Virus record (IMG/VR): IMGVR_UViG_3300022555_003222
Location: 32,001 to 96,000 of that record
DNA length: 64,000 bases
Source: a virus
Strand: one strand, 5' to 3'
Shown here in pieces: positions 31,886 to 42,159 of the stretch (positions are counted from its first letter, which is position 1; each line of letters begins with the position of its first letter). The notes below the pieces were generated by a model. It had not been told where the DNA came from. It searched no databases and saw only the letters and a list, made by a program, of their open reading frames with translations. The position numbers were made by a program, and so were the translations under genes.

Positions 31886-32563
31886 ATGAAGACATTCAAA
31901 GAATGGTTAATAATACAAGAAACGTCACACCTTGGATATCCATCAACATCATATGGCCAAGGCATGAGACAACAAGAACCAAATTTGTTCAAACGTGTGG
32001 CTCTCGATATGCCTTCCTATCCAGCACAGGCTATTCAAAAAACCGGTGATGCTTTCAAATCATTAATGCGACAAAGAGGCTCACCAGGATATGGATATGG
32101 ATACATAGGAGATCAAACCATTGGTCTAAAATGGGAGCATAAAATACCTAGTTCGGACCCAAATCTTTTAGATGCCGATGGACGAGTCAACCTTCTTCTG
32201 GTACAATATCGTGCGCTAGAAAGCCAAGTATATCAAGCACAGCAACAAGGCATAGATCGTGAGTTGGATTGGGATAGAACTATGATAGGAAAGCCTACCT
32301 CTATGGCTCAAGCTGGAAAATCAGTGACGTTCAAAGTATCCATAATCACTCCAGATAAAAATGCCCCACAAACAACTGAAAAGGTCGATTATATTACTCC
32401 CAAACAACTATATGAAAAAGTAATACTTATTAAAAAAGATGCATTGCCAGTAGAGCAATTACGAAGAAGACATGCATTACCCCCTGCAACGCAGGGGACA
32501 GCCGATAAGCAAGTTGATGCAGATGGATCAAATGCACAGACAAATCCTGCCGCATCGACATAA
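31886..32563 (+). CDS. hypothetical protein with MKTFKEWL..QE N-terminus
   Basis: 225-aa ORF. Confidence 0.65.
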   Translation: MKTFKEWLIIQETSHLGYPSTSYGQGMRQQEPNLFKRVALDMPSYPAQAIQKTGDAFKSLMRQRGSPGYGYGYIGDQTIGLKWEHKIPSSDPNLLDADGRVNLLLVQYRALESQVYQAQQQGIDRELDWDRTMIGKPTSMAQAGKSVTFKVSIITPDKNAPQTTEKVDYITPKQLYEKVILIKKDALPVEQLRRRHALPPATQGTADKQVDADGSNAQTNPAAST

Positions 32564-32633
32564 TGCCACTGAGTTATGAAGCGAATTTGTTAAAATCTAT
32601 GCTAGATATCTTACAGATATAGAGAGGAAAGTA

Positions 32634-34196
32634 ATGAGTTATCCAAGTTTCAAAGATTATGTAGTGTTCAAAGAAGAGGGAGAACCGTCTAATGGCGCAA
32701 GCCAAAAAGATTGGCGGAAAGAATTTCACCAATTAGAAAAAGGGTTTATTCCTCCTCCTAAGATGCGACCCATTATTGAGGCTTTCTTAGAAAGCAGCAG
32801 CATTAAGGTAATGCACGATACTAGCAAGCCAGTTACCTTGCCTAAGAAATCTTTATTCTTGGTAGGTGGTCCTGTTAGAGACTTTTTAGCTGGAAAAACA
32901 ATTAAAGATTATGATTTAGCTACAAATGCCACCCCAGAACAGGTTGCACTCATTCTCTCCGCTGGTGGTTTTCATATGGCACCAGAACGTGGCGGTAGCA
33001 CACAGGAAGGAAAAGCAGATGCGGCAGGTAAGGAACCCAAACCATTAAAACTCACTTTCCGACCCAAGCTGGCCGAAAAGGGCGATAAAAAGATTTGGTT
33101 TATTAAAGGTCGTGATAGCAGTGAAGATCGTAAGGTTTTTGTAATTAGTGCTGTTGTGGATGGTGAAGAATTTGAAATTGCCACCTTTAGACGAGATGCC
33201 AAGGTTACGGATGGTGCTGCGTCTGTTGACTTTGTTGATAATCCAACTGAAGACGCCTCCCGCCGTGATTTAACCATTAATGCTATGTATATCGAATTGA
33301 CAAAAGCAGATGGTGAAAACAGTAAATTGTATGACCCAACCGGTAAGGGATTGCATGATGCTAGAAATAAGCTAGTGCGTACTGTGGGCAAAGCTAAAGA
33401 TCGATTTAATGAAGATAAATTAAGAGTAATGCGTGCTATTCGTTTCCACTGCCGATTTGGAAGCGGAATGCGAATGGATAAAGATATCGAAGACTCCTTA
33501 GCAGATTTTGCTGATCTACGAGGTGTTGCATTGGAGCGAGTACGAGATGAATTCCTCAAGGGATTACTCCACCCCGACGTGGACATTGAGCGATACATTA
33601 AGATTTATAATCGAACAGGACTTATCAAACGAGTGTTCCCAGGCGTTCAAGTTAACATGAACATTCCATCTGAATTCACTTCCCGTAAAGATAAGCCTTT
33701 GGCACTTGCGTGGTTGCTACAAGGTAATCCAATCGAAGCTGTAGATTCAGCACTATCAGACAAGAGGGATGAACGTGGGGAGCAGACCCCCACAGGTTGG
33801 AGCACACAAGAACGTCGTGCGGTTGTATTCTTGCTAGAGTTGCTGGAATTCACTCCACAAGATCGAGCTAAGATGCTCAAGAAGATGGGAGGAACTGGTT
33901 TAACCGCAGATCAAATCAGAGAATGGATTAATATGTTCCGTAGGAACGAAGGTGGAAAGACTCTAGACAGCAGACCGACATGGGCAAATCACATGAGAAA
34001 ATTTGCTGACAATGATCGTCCTCTAGCCAAATGGGATGATGTAATGCAAGGTGGCAAAGATACTTGTGATAAATGTCGTGGTCCTGGATGTGCTTATTGC
34101 GGCGGCACTGGCAAACTTCCTATGCACATGCGTGGCAAAGCAGTTGATGAATTAGAAAACGAACGATTTGCAGACACTCTCAACAAGAGAGATTAA
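32634..34196 (+). CDS. cca: CCA tRNA nucleotidyltransferase / poly(A) polymerase family (class II)
   Basis: LVGGPVRD, KDYDLAT, EIATFR, RRDLTINA, EDKLRVMRAIRF motifs; C-terminal CxxC-CxxC. Confidence 0.85.
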   Translation: MSYPSFKDYVVFKEEGEPSNGASQKDWRKEFHQLEKGFIPPPKMRPIIEAFLESSSIKVMHDTSKPVTLPKKSLFLVGGPVRDFLAGKTIKDYDLATNATPEQVALILSAGGFHMAPERGGSTQEGKADAAGKEPKPLKLTFRPKLAEKGDKKIWFIKGRDSSEDRKVFVISAVVDGEEFEIATFRRDAKVTDGAASVDFVDNPTEDASRRDLTINAMYIELTKADGENSKLYDPTGKGLHDARNKLVRTVGKAKDRFNEDKLRVMRAIRFHCRFGSGMRMDKDIEDSLADFADLRGVALERVRDEFLKGLLHPDVDIERYIKIYNRTGLIKRVFPGVQVNMNIPSEFTSRKDKPLALAWLLQGNPIEAVDSALSDKRDERGEQTPTGWSTQERRAVVFLLELLEFTPQDRAKMLKKMGGTGLTADQIREWINMFRRNEGGKTLDSRPTWANHMRKFADNDRPLAKWDDVMQGGKDTCDKCRGPGCAYCGGTGKLPMHMRGKAVDELENERFADTLNKRD

Positions 34197-35770
34197 GATC
34201 TTCCGGTAAAGTGAGAAGCTATCGCTCCGCTACTTTTTCGTTTCATATCACCATTTGGAAGTCGTTCAAACAATAGTGGAAATCCACCTTGTATACGATT
34301 GATGATGTCTAATGCTCTACGACCCTGTTTAGCTTTTACTTTTTGTATTTGCATTTGCTCTATAGCATTCAAACTATCTTCAATGTTTTGTGTTATGGGA
34401 GCAATGGTTACATCTTTATCATACTTTTTATATGCTTCTTCGCTATACTGTTTCATTGGATGCGATCCACTCATGTCGTCAATCAATTGTTGTGATTTCA
34501 AATTTATATCAGGTGATATGTTAGCGATAATTTTAATAAATCTAGCGTCTTTTGGATCTTGCTGTACTTTTGCTACACCCACCCGCTTGCTGCTGTCTGT
34601 ATAAGATCCTGGTGGTGCATATGTTAAATGTCTGTCTATTATATGTTTTTGTTCTTGTGTAGGACGATCTCTAGAATCTCTTGGGAAGTAATCAAATGGC
34701 TGGAAGTCACCAGGATCAAATGACTCTTCATCAAACGGTCGTCCTTTCATATGAGAAGCCACTTTTGCTTCATCCATTTTCCATTTTTCTATTTGATGCA
34801 ATAGGTTAATGACTAATCCTGTTGCGATATGTTCCAACACAGGCATCCATCTAATTCGCACAACAGGAGAGCGACCGGGCGATAATCCATAAGGTTCGAC
34901 ACTAGCATATACCTCGGTTGTGTGATACATGTCTTTGCCTAAAATAGGAATCCGACCCTTGCCAGGAACATCCATTATTTTAGATTTCAAATACGTATCC
35001 AAAAAATTCTTTTTGGGCACCCTTTCTTTCATCTCTTGTATTTGTTTCATCCATCTAAACAAATCGTGATCTACAATTGCCATTTCTAATAAAGCGGCAC
35101 TATTGCTGCTAGATTTGAATTTAAGTTGCATGCCTTTTTTACCACTACCAAGCAGCGGATCGGTTATCCATGCATCAATGCCTTTTTTATCCTCCTCTAC
35201 CGTGCCTAATTGAATATTATAACCACCAACGGCATTTAATCCTTTAACGACCTCTCCTTCTATTAATTTACCCAACATCATCCTGCCAGATTTGGGCATT
35301 GTATTATATTCTTTGTTCTGCCCCTGAACATATCTAAATGAATATAAACTCGTTATGGCTGAGTATACGTCTTCTAATCTGTAAACATCACTAGAAAATT
35401 CTTGTAAATCTGGTCGGTTGCTCGCTACGGGAGTTGTAGATGCCACTCTAGCTTGAGTAATAGCGGCGGCAGCAGCCTTTTCTTTTTCTAACCAAGGGAA
35501 GAACTCTTCGACGTTTGGCTGTCCTTTGATGAGTATGGGCGGCATCTTTTTATCTGGCGGAATGGGCGTGCCATTTTTGACAGCATCTTTTTCCCGTGAT
35601 TTAGCTCGCCGGATTCGTTTCTGATCCTCAGGAGGTAGCGAAGCAATGAATTCATCTTCTGTCCAAGGCTTGCTCGGATCATGATCTTCATTGACCGGGC
35701 ATATAGTCACCATCGTGGCTAGCAAATCCACGGTTTCCTGGACTAGAAAAAATCTTGAAAAATTCAGCAT
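34193..35770 (-). CDS. hypothetical protein, possible PD-(D/E)xK-like domain
   Basis: 525 aa; E..V...GIDAW...MQLK spacing; FSRFFLVQE N-terminus. Confidence 0.5.
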   Translation of the reverse strand: MLNFSRFFLVQETVDLLATMVTICPVNEDHDPSKPWTEDEFIASLPPEDQKRIRRAKSREKDAVKNGTPIPPDKKMPPILIKGQPNVEEFFPWLEKEKAAAAAITQARVASTTPVASNRPDLQEFSSDVYRLEDVYSAITSLYSFRYVQGQNKEYNTMPKSGRMMLGKLIEGEVVKGLNAVGGYNIQLGTVEEDKKGIDAWITDPLLGSGKKGMQLKFKSSSNSAALLEMAIVDHDLFRWMKQIQEMKERVPKKNFLDTYLKSKIMDVPGKGRIPILGKDMYHTTEVYASVEPYGLSPGRSPVVRIRWMPVLEHIATGLVINLLHQIEKWKMDEAKVASHMKGRPFDEESFDPGDFQPFDYFPRDSRDRPTQEQKHIIDRHLTYAPPGSYTDSSKRVGVAKVQQDPKDARFIKIIANISPDINLKSQQLIDDMSGSHPMKQYSEEAYKKYDKDVTIAPITQNIEDSLNAIEQMQIQKVKAKQGRRALDIINRIQGGFPLLFERLPNGDMKRKSSGAIASHFTGRS

Positions 35771-35824
35771 ACACTATTTAGCGATTCTGTAGTAAAATAT
35801 ACCTGTAACGCTAGATATTGAGTA

Positions 35825-36553
35825 ATGGGAAGAAAATTTATGAAATTCAGCGAATGGCTCCAAGAGCCGCTATCTAAAGGTAAATCCAAAATTGCCGTCT
35901 TTGATTTCGACGGTACGTTGGCTAATACGCCTGCCAAACCCGAAACGCCCGAAGCAATCCGTAAATCGGGTTGGGACGGAAAGGATTGGTACGGGTCAAA
36001 CGTATCCATGCCTGAAGATACGAAATTCAATGACGAAGTGGTGGCAGCATTCAAAGCCGCCAAACAAGATTCCGATACGTATGCACTTTTGCTCACGGGT
36101 CGTCGTGGAGTCATTGCACCCAAAGTTCGTAAATTGCTTCAACAAAACGATTTGATCGGCAAAAGAAAAATTGCCAGTTCAAACGCTAATGCTTTACGAC
36201 ATCACAATGGCCAAGAACACCCAGCCGAAGATACTGACCCGCATTGCCATGATGAATATTACTGCGGCGATTTTGCCACGGAAGACGATTATCCGAAAAC
36301 GACCAGGGGTAAATCCGATGGTAGTACCCTTGCACATAAGGTATATGTTGTCAGAAAGCTCATGCACAGTGGCATTACTCAGGTTGATTTCTGGGATGAT
36401 CGTGCTGACCATATTCCACATTTTATAAAATTAGGCATGGACCTTCAAAAAGAATGGCCAGGATTGAAATCGGTCATAATGCACAGGGTCTATCCACCTC
36501 AACATCCCGGCCAGCCAGCCTGGGTACAACATATTCCTATTAAAAACAAATAA
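35825..36553 (+). CDS. HAD-superfamily phosphatase (Swiss-army-knife RNA-repair-like HAD)
   Basis: FDFDGTL..TP, LLTGR, K, WDDR..H motifs. Confidence 0.75.
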   Translation: MGRKFMKFSEWLQEPLSKGKSKIAVFDFDGTLANTPAKPETPEAIRKSGWDGKDWYGSNVSMPEDTKFNDEVVAAFKAAKQDSDTYALLLTGRRGVIAPKVRKLLQQNDLIGKRKIASSNANALRHHNGQEHPAEDTDPHCHDEYYCGDFATEDDYPKTTRGKSDGSTLAHKVYVVRKLMHSGITQVDFWDDRADHIPHFIKLGMDLQKEWPGLKSVIMHRVYPPQHPGQPAWVQHIPIKNK

Positions 36554-36571
36554 TACATACTTGGTTATTGC

Positions 36572-37405
36572 ATGGATTATATTGTTAGCATTGAAAATAC
36601 CCCGTATTATCGTTGGCAAGTAGAATTGCTGATTGAAAGTTTCAAGCTGTGTAACATGGAAGATCAATTGTTAATAGCAATTGCTTCTAGCACATCTTCA
36701 TCCACATTGTACATGAAGAACTTGGCTTCTCACGACAGAAAGTTTGTGCATGATAATTATGGCGCAGCTAGAGGACATCTGCCTCTCAATAAACTATACG
36801 CTGTTTATACAGCATTAACATCCAATCTCTTAAAACAGCCTTTTGCAATGATTCATCCCGATATGTTGCTCCTAAATCCAATTGGAGACATTGGGGATGC
36901 CAATGTGTTGATGCACATGGAGAATTTGGAGTTAAATGCTGTCGATGCATTTATTCAACCGTATTGGGATGCAGCCGCCGCTGCTAAAGGAATTATGCAA
37001 GGGCCTTCTCAACTTAGTGTTACTGGAACTATGGTATTCCAACAGGTGCCCGCCTTGTTCTTCTTGAGAACAATAGAAAAAACACAAAATATTTTAGAAT
37101 CAAATCCTGAATTAAAAGAACACGCTGTTATTGCAGCCATGCGATTTATCTTGTGTGAATATTTGGGATTGCTTCTTTATCGAGGTGCAGTAGTGGATAC
37201 CTCTTTACGATTTGAATACCAAGCTAACATGGTTCATTATCGAAATGGATTACCACCTATCTTTAGTAAAAAACATTTTCTACACAGCGATGAGACCATA
37301 CCCCTTACACTAACTTCTAGTAGTCCATTTGAAGAAATGTTACGTCTTGAATATTCGCCACAATATCCACTTATGAAAAAAGTAATAGATTCATATCAAA
37401 AATAA
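36572..37405 (+). CDS. GT-A glycosyltransferase-like protein resembling plant HPAT/serine O-galactosyltransferase
   Basis: YYRWQ..LL..SF, NK..AV, IHPDM motifs. Confidence 0.45.
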   Translation: MDYIVSIENTPYYRWQVELLIESFKLCNMEDQLLIAIASSTSSSTLYMKNLASHDRKFVHDNYGAARGHLPLNKLYAVYTALTSNLLKQPFAMIHPDMLLLNPIGDIGDANVLMHMENLELNAVDAFIQPYWDAAAAAKGIMQGPSQLSVTGTMVFQQVPALFFLRTIEKTQNILESNPELKEHAVIAAMRFILCEYLGLLLYRGAVVDTSLRFEYQANMVHYRNGLPPIFSKKHFLHSDETIPLTLTSSSPFEEMLRLEYSPQYPLMKKVIDSYQK

Positions 37406-37438
37406 AAGCACCCCGGCCAACGGCCGGGGTGCTTTTTT
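37404..37438. terminator. bidirectional intrinsic terminator
   Basis: aaaagcaccccggcc-aac-ggccggggtgctttt between convergent genes. Confidence 0.85.
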
Positions 37439-37444
37439 CAAAAA

Positions 37445-37954
37445 TTATTCCTTTTTGATTTCGATCAATCGAACTTCAGAAACGCTTGACTTTTGAGGCA
37501 ATTTCCATTTTAATATGAGCACGCCATCCTTAACAGACGCTTCGGGATCGCCTTGGTATTCCCGTAATTCATCGGGGAGTTGTACTTCCCGACTAAAAGC
37601 AGAAGATCGCAATTCCTTAACATAGTAAGATTCATCTTCGTGTCGTTCCCATTCCGCTTTACCACTGAGACGGACCCTTCCTTCGGGCAACACTTCCACT
37701 TTCAAATCTTCGGGGCTTACACCTGCGGTGGTAGCTCTGATAATGAAATGAGTGTCGTCTTTCAGGATATCCATTTTCGGATATCCCGCTTTGGCTTGAA
37801 CACTGTTGAGTAATTGCCCACCGAAAGCTTGATTCCAAATGTTATTGAAATGTTGTTCAATGGGAAAAAAGAAATCTTCCCTCATGCTGGATGGGACGCT
37901 AGATGTTTCATCCCGAAAGACATTACTCAACGCATTACGCAAATTCTTAGTCAT
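37445..37954 (-). CDS. small heat-shock protein (Hsp20 family)
   Basis: PKMDI..DD..F.I.A..AGV..EDLKVEV, F.R...LP, ASVKDGVL.L alpha-crystallin signature. Confidence 0.9.
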   Translation of the reverse strand: MTKNLRNALSNVFRDETSSVPSSMREDFFFPIEQHFNNIWNQAFGGQLLNSVQAKAGYPKMDILKDDTHFIIRATTAGVSPEDLKVEVLPEGRVRLSGKAEWERHEDESYYVKELRSSAFSREVQLPDELREYQGDPEASVKDGVLILKWKLPQKSSVSEVRLIEIKKE

Positions 37955-38146
37955 AAAGACCTCCTATTGGATTTTACCACGGCCTTATTACCTGTGGTAC
38001 TTGGCCAGCCATCAAGGTCTGGCACTATCATATATAAGTGACTTGACTTAAAATTTTTTCTGTTGTACACTGAGATAATAGGATTAAGAACTGTAAATAC
38101 GTTAGGACTTTGTTAGAATGTTGTGACACGATTAAGGGGACATTAG

Positions 38147-38812
38147 GTGAAATACATTGCAGCACTTTATGCAAACGGCAAAGTAGTCACTGGCGGTCAT
38201 CACGGAGACGCTTTTACCAAACTCACTTTAGAAGACCAGCAAGGAGAAATCACTTCTGGCTTCATTGATTCTGAAACTGGCAAATTCATTTCTGACGAAA
38301 TTGAATTCTATGCCAAAAACATAATTCTCATTCGCCACGCTCACGCTTGTGATTATTTTGATCCCGGTATTAGCGGTTTGGGATATTCTCAATGTGAGCG
38401 AGTAGTACACTTCTTACGTGAAACTCAAAACGTACAAGAATATCAAGGATTTGCGAGTTGTTGTAATCGCACTAGAGAAACGGCCGAATTTATATTCGGC
38501 CGTTTGGGTATTCATTATGAAGTAAGACCAGATTTTTGCGATCAACGCAACTGGGATTTACCTTGCTGGAGGGCGGCTAGCCAATGGTTTGAGTCGCCCT
38601 ATTCTTTTGTGGAACGGCTCCGTTATATCCTCAATACACTTCCAGCAAATTCTATCATTATTTCCCATTGCAATTTTGTTGCCAATATGGCACAATTAGC
38701 TTCTAACACTGAGGACATTACTGAATTGCCCGAATGGAGTGGTTCAATTCCTCATTGCAGTGTGACATGTGTCATAAATAACAAATTGTTATGTATTGGT
38801 AAAACAATATGA
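38147..38812 (+). CDS. histidine phosphatase (PGM/SixA-like)
   Basis: LIRHA, S...RTRETA, ISH motifs. Confidence 0.75.
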   Translation: MKYIAALYANGKVVTGGHHGDAFTKLTLEDQQGEITSGFIDSETGKFISDEIEFYAKNIILIRHAHACDYFDPGISGLGYSQCERVVHFLRETQNVQEYQGFASCCNRTRETAEFIFGRLGIHYEVRPDFCDQRNWDLPCWRAASQWFESPYSFVERLRYILNTLPANSIIISHCNFVANMAQLASNTEDITELPEWSGSIPHCSVTCVINNKLLCIGKTI

Positions 38813-39012
38813 AAGCCGTTTGGAAGATGGAGCCCGGTGATGGTACTGGATGCTCAATCGCTGATGCAATGGTTCGCAATGAAAGAGGATTGTGTTCTAT
38901 ACAGGGTTGTAACAACCCAATAACATCAGATGCAATTTCATATGGGCTATTTTGCAAGATGTGTCCAGATTGTGAAAATGAATTGACGAGAACATTTACA
39001 GAATTATTATGA
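38809..39012 (+). CDS. small Cys-rich (zinc-binding) protein
   Basis: CSIQGC...CKMCPDC; overlaps both neighbours. Confidence 0.5.
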   Translation: MKAVWKMEPGDGTGCSIADAMVRNERGLCSIQGCNNPITSDAISYGLFCKMCPDCENELTRTFTELL

Positions 39013-39617
39013 AAAAAATTTTGGATATAGATCGTCGGATCAAGGGCAAACCCATTGATCTGGTGGAAGAGCCTGTAATCATTCGAGTTCGAGACTTCAA
39101 TGAAGAGTCTGCTGAGAAGTTTTCTTTGGAAATGAACAAGGCACACAATACCGGCCAACCTGTCATCCCAATCATTGTTGACTCATTTGGCGGAATGGTG
39201 TACAGTTTAATTTCCATGATGGCAGATATTGATAATGCAAAAATTCCAGTGGCCACAATTGCAATTGGCAAAGCTATGAGTTGTGGCTGTGTGTTACTTA
39301 CATGTGGCGCAGAGGGTTATCGATTTATGGATGCCAATGCCACAGTAATGATGCATGACGTATCTTCCTGGGAGTGTGGCAAAATAGAAGAAATGAAAGC
39401 GGGGATTAAACAATCTGAAAAATTACATAAAAAGATATTTCAACGCATGGCCATTAATTGCGGTCACGCATCTGATTATTTTTTGAAAATAATGGATCAG
39501 AAGAAACACGCCGAATGGTTCTTTGATGCCAAAGAAGCGAAGAAGCATAACATCGTTAATCATGTAAGAGTACCTGAATTTAAGACCAAACTGTCTGTCG
39601 AAATAACATTTGAATAA
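39009..39617 (+). CDS. clpP: ClpP-like protease subunit
   Basis: DSFGG, IGKAMSCG (catalytic Ser), VMMHD (His), F.AKEAK..IV. Confidence 0.85.
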   Translation: MKKILDIDRRIKGKPIDLVEEPVIIRVRDFNEESAEKFSLEMNKAHNTGQPVIPIIVDSFGGMVYSLISMMADIDNAKIPVATIAIGKAMSCGCVLLTCGAEGYRFMDANATVMMHDVSSWECGKIEEMKAGIKQSEKLHKKIFQRMAINCGHASDYFLKIMDQKKHAEWFFDAKEAKKHNIVNHVRVPEFKTKLSVEITFE

Positions 39618-39631
39618 CACGGAGTTTAATT

Positions 39632-39841
39632 ATGAAGACCTGTCAAGAAGTTGAGTGGTTGACTACCGAAGAATTGATTGCTGAACTAATGAGCCGTGAA
39701 ACTTTTATGGGCATTATCATCCGTCCAGCCCAAGAAATCAAAGAAGACGAAGAAATTGCCGATACATTCACTCTTTCCAGCCGAGGTTTAGCCCAAGAAC
39801 ACCTTGTTGAAGTTCTGCATTTAGCCATAGGATCTCTTTAG
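39632..39841 (+). CDS. hypothetical protein
   Basis: 69 aa, GGAG RBS. Confidence 0.55.
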   Translation: MKTCQEVEWLTTEELIAELMSRETFMGIIIRPAQEIKEDEEIADTFTLSSRGLAQEHLVEVLHLAIGSL

Positions 39842-39852
39842 AAAGTAAGGAT

Positions 39853-40149
39853 ATGTTGCCAATAATTGGAAGAGATAAAAATGGCGGTGCTTGGTATAAA
39901 AGCGATCAGTACATTACTGACATTTCCAAAGCTACCGAATTTTATGTAAAACATCGCTGGTTCGGATTGGGAGCATATAGCGTAATTGCAGTAACTCACT
40001 GCTATAGGAAAGATAAAGAATATCCATACGTTGAACATTTTTGGACAAAACGTAGAGAAATAGGACGATTCCGCACAGCTTTGGAAGCATCTTTTGGTCT
40101 AGAAGAAGCCATGCGATTAAAAGACATTACGCCACTTCCGTCACAATAA
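39853..40149 (+). CDS. hypothetical protein
   Basis: 98 aa, AAGGA upstream. Confidence 0.5.
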   Translation: MLPIIGRDKNGGAWYKSDQYITDISKATEFYVKHRWFGLGAYSVIAVTHCYRKDKEYPYVEHFWTKRREIGRFRTALEASFGLEEAMRLKDITPLPSQ

Positions 40150-40175
40150 ATATATATAATACAGGAGGGCACATC

Positions 40176-40457
40176 ATGAATTATAAATGGTTTACTGAAA
40201 CGCTCGGAAAAGGTTTGGTTTTGTTGGTTCTTCTTGCCGCCACTGGTTGGGCTATAGAAAGTGCGTATCTTTTCTATTTGGCACCAGCTAATTTCTTTAT
40301 TGGTGTAAGTAAAATAGCTGGATTGATTTTGGTTGGCTCTATTGCTTCTTTTATCGTTGGACTTGTTATCCAAGGTTTGGAAAAATTGATTAGCAAAAAA
40401 CCTACGCCAACACCGCCTGCTGACCCAGCTACCGATACCACCATTCCCGTAGTATAA
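40176..40457 (+). CDS. two-TM membrane protein
   Basis: two hydrophobic helices; AGGAGG RBS. Confidence 0.65.
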   Translation: MNYKWFTETLGKGLVLLVLLAATGWAIESAYLFYLAPANFFIGVSKIAGLILVGSIASFIVGLVIQGLEKLISKKPTPTPPADPATDTTIPVV

Positions 40458-40481
40458 TATTGACCTACGACGAGCAATGTT

Positions 40482-40643
40482 ATGAATAAAGATGAACGCA
40501 TCAGAATCATGCAGCGAATACTTGAAGCTCTAGGTTCTGGAGAACCTAAGGTTTACAATACGGAAGATTGGTGGATCATCAATCATCTGGCATATCTGCT
40601 GAGCCTGACCATTACTCCAGATGGAGAAATTGTGTCATTATGA
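40482..40643 (+). CDS. small hypothetical protein (53 aa; not in ORF track)
   Basis: MNKDERIRIMQ...; ATGA overlap with next ORF. Confidence 0.45.
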   Translation: MNKDERIRIMQRILEALGSGEPKVYNTEDWWIINHLAYLLSLTITPDGEIVSL

Positions 40644-40768
40644 TGGAAGAAGCTATTGGTCGAATTGTCATTATTGGTCTTATTTGGATTGTAGCTGCCT
40701 CCATTGGATTCTGTGCTCCTGTAGTGGCAACTGCTGGACTCTTAACTACAGTCGTGGTACTGGTCTAA
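40640..40768 (+). CDS. small membrane protein
   Basis: MMEEAIGRIVIIGLIWIV...; GGAG RBS. Confidence 0.5.
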   Translation: MMEEAIGRIVIIGLIWIVAASIGFCAPVVATAGLLTTVVVLV

Positions 40769-40785
40769 TAGACGAAAGGATTGTC

Positions 40786-40986
40786 ATGTCATTTTGGTTT
40801 CTAATTCCGTTTTGGTGGATCTTACCACATCTACAAGAACCACAAAAAGCAGATCTGCCTCCTCCTGGTCATCAAATGATCATGTGTGTCCAAGTGGGAA
40901 ATGAAAGTCACGTTATTTTCAGAAAAGACCATCACTGGGCAGTTTATGTTAATGGCAAATTTGATTCTGAAGGCAATGACTTATGA
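40786..40986 (+). CDS. hypothetical protein
   Basis: MSFWFLIPFWW... after AAGGA. Confidence 0.45.
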   Translation: MSFWFLIPFWWILPHLQEPQKADLPPPGHQMIMCVQVGNESHVIFRKDHHWAVYVNGKFDSEGNDL

Positions 40987-41295
40987 GTATTCTTGTTCTC
41001 GGAATCGTTTCGGTAGTCGCCGCATCCCAGCCCAACTAAAATCTTCAAATACTGGCTGAATCTCAATGATTTCTTCCGATGTTTCGATGATCGATGGGAT
41101 GTCGGACGAGAGAATGATTATAGACGGTAATTCAGGAATCGCCACGGGTAGTGGCGGTTCAATTACCGATGGGACTTCAATAGGTTGTATTTCTACAACA
41201 GGTGTTGGAGTTTCAACCGGTGGTAGTATTTCAACAATCGGTGAAACTGGTATTATTGGTGAAACTGGTTCAACTCGGTCAATGTAAGTTCGCAT
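40981..41295 (-). CDS. Pro/Ile/Glu-rich low-complexity protein
   Basis: PVSPII/IPSII-type repeats like those in 1776..4325. Confidence 0.5.
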   Translation of the reverse strand: MRTYIDRVEPVSPIIPVSPIVEILPPVETPTPVVEIQPIEVPSVIEPPLPVAIPELPSIIILSSDIPSIIETSEEIIEIQPVFEDFSWAGMRRLPKRFREQEYS

Positions 41296-41327
41296 GTTCT
41301 ATTTATCATCGTAGAAAGAAAATCACA

Positions 41328-41567
41328 GTGATAAAAATACGCAGGAAAACATTTGTTCATACGGCCTTTCACGGTGAATCCTTAAAGGAAGTGAACACTC
41401 GTAATTTTGAGAACAAACTCAAAGAGTGTATGGATTTCGTGGATAGTATTGGTTATGAACGTGTGGCTAATGTTTTAGAGTATACTGCATGTCGTTATCG
41501 CCCTGGCGACGACGGTGTTACTAATTTCGTGGTGTGGTATTGGGAAGAAATCGAAGACCCTATTTAA
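41328..41567 (+). CDS. hypothetical protein
   Basis: 3' part of ORF 41202..41567, GTG start. Confidence 0.45.
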   Translation: MIKIRRKTFVHTAFHGESLKEVNTRNFENKLKECMDFVDSIGYERVANVLEYTACRYRPGDDGVTNFVVWYWEEIEDPI

Positions 41568-41581
41568 CAAGGAGCCAAATC

Positions 41582-41842
41582 ATGGCAGAAAATCCAATCA
41601 ATCTCTCAGTGTTCATCTCGCCCATTACCTATATCATTGGGTTTATGGGCTGTATTGTCTTGCTATCCATGCTTAAAAGCTTTATTGCACATGGCGTGTC
41701 TATTGCCATTACCGAATGGCTTCTCAATCATTCTAGCGATGCCGAACGCATGAAGGTGGTTCGCTGGTTTGCCAATGGCGATGATATTATGGATGCCCTC
41801 AAGCGAATTGAAAAGAATACATCTGAAGTAAAAGCAGAATAA
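41582..41842 (+). CDS. membrane protein
   Basis: MAENPINLSVFISPITYIIGF...; AAGGAG RBS. Confidence 0.55.
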   Translation: MAENPINLSVFISPITYIIGFMGCIVLLSMLKSFIAHGVSIAITEWLLNHSSDAERMKVVRWFANGDDIMDALKRIEKNTSEVKAE

Positions 41843-41844
41843 TT

Positions 41845-42108
41845 ATGCCGCATTACACAGATATACAACATTACACAGATATGAGTCGCTGCCAATGGTG
41901 CGATGCACCATTGGCAGCGACCACTAAAAGATTCTATTTTTACACATGTGGCCGAATCATCCTTCGTAAAGACCATACGGCAGGATTTACTTGTGTACAT
42001 GAAGGTCGTAAAGATAAAACTCGTTGTTCCGCTGACAATGGTCGTCGTCCCATGCGGAGTTTTCAGGAATATTTGGAAAGTCTTATTGTGATCAAAAATA
42101 ATCTTTGA
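41845..42108 (+). CDS. small Cys-rich protein
   Basis: CQWC...CG. Confidence 0.45.
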   Translation: MPHYTDIQHYTDMSRCQWCDAPLAATTKRFYFYTCGRIILRKDHTAGFTCVHEGRKDKTRCSADNGRRPMRSFQEYLESLIVIKNNL

Positions 42109-42159
42109 TATAATAAATGACATCGATAGATTGAATCCCATTACCCCAAAGGTGAAGCT

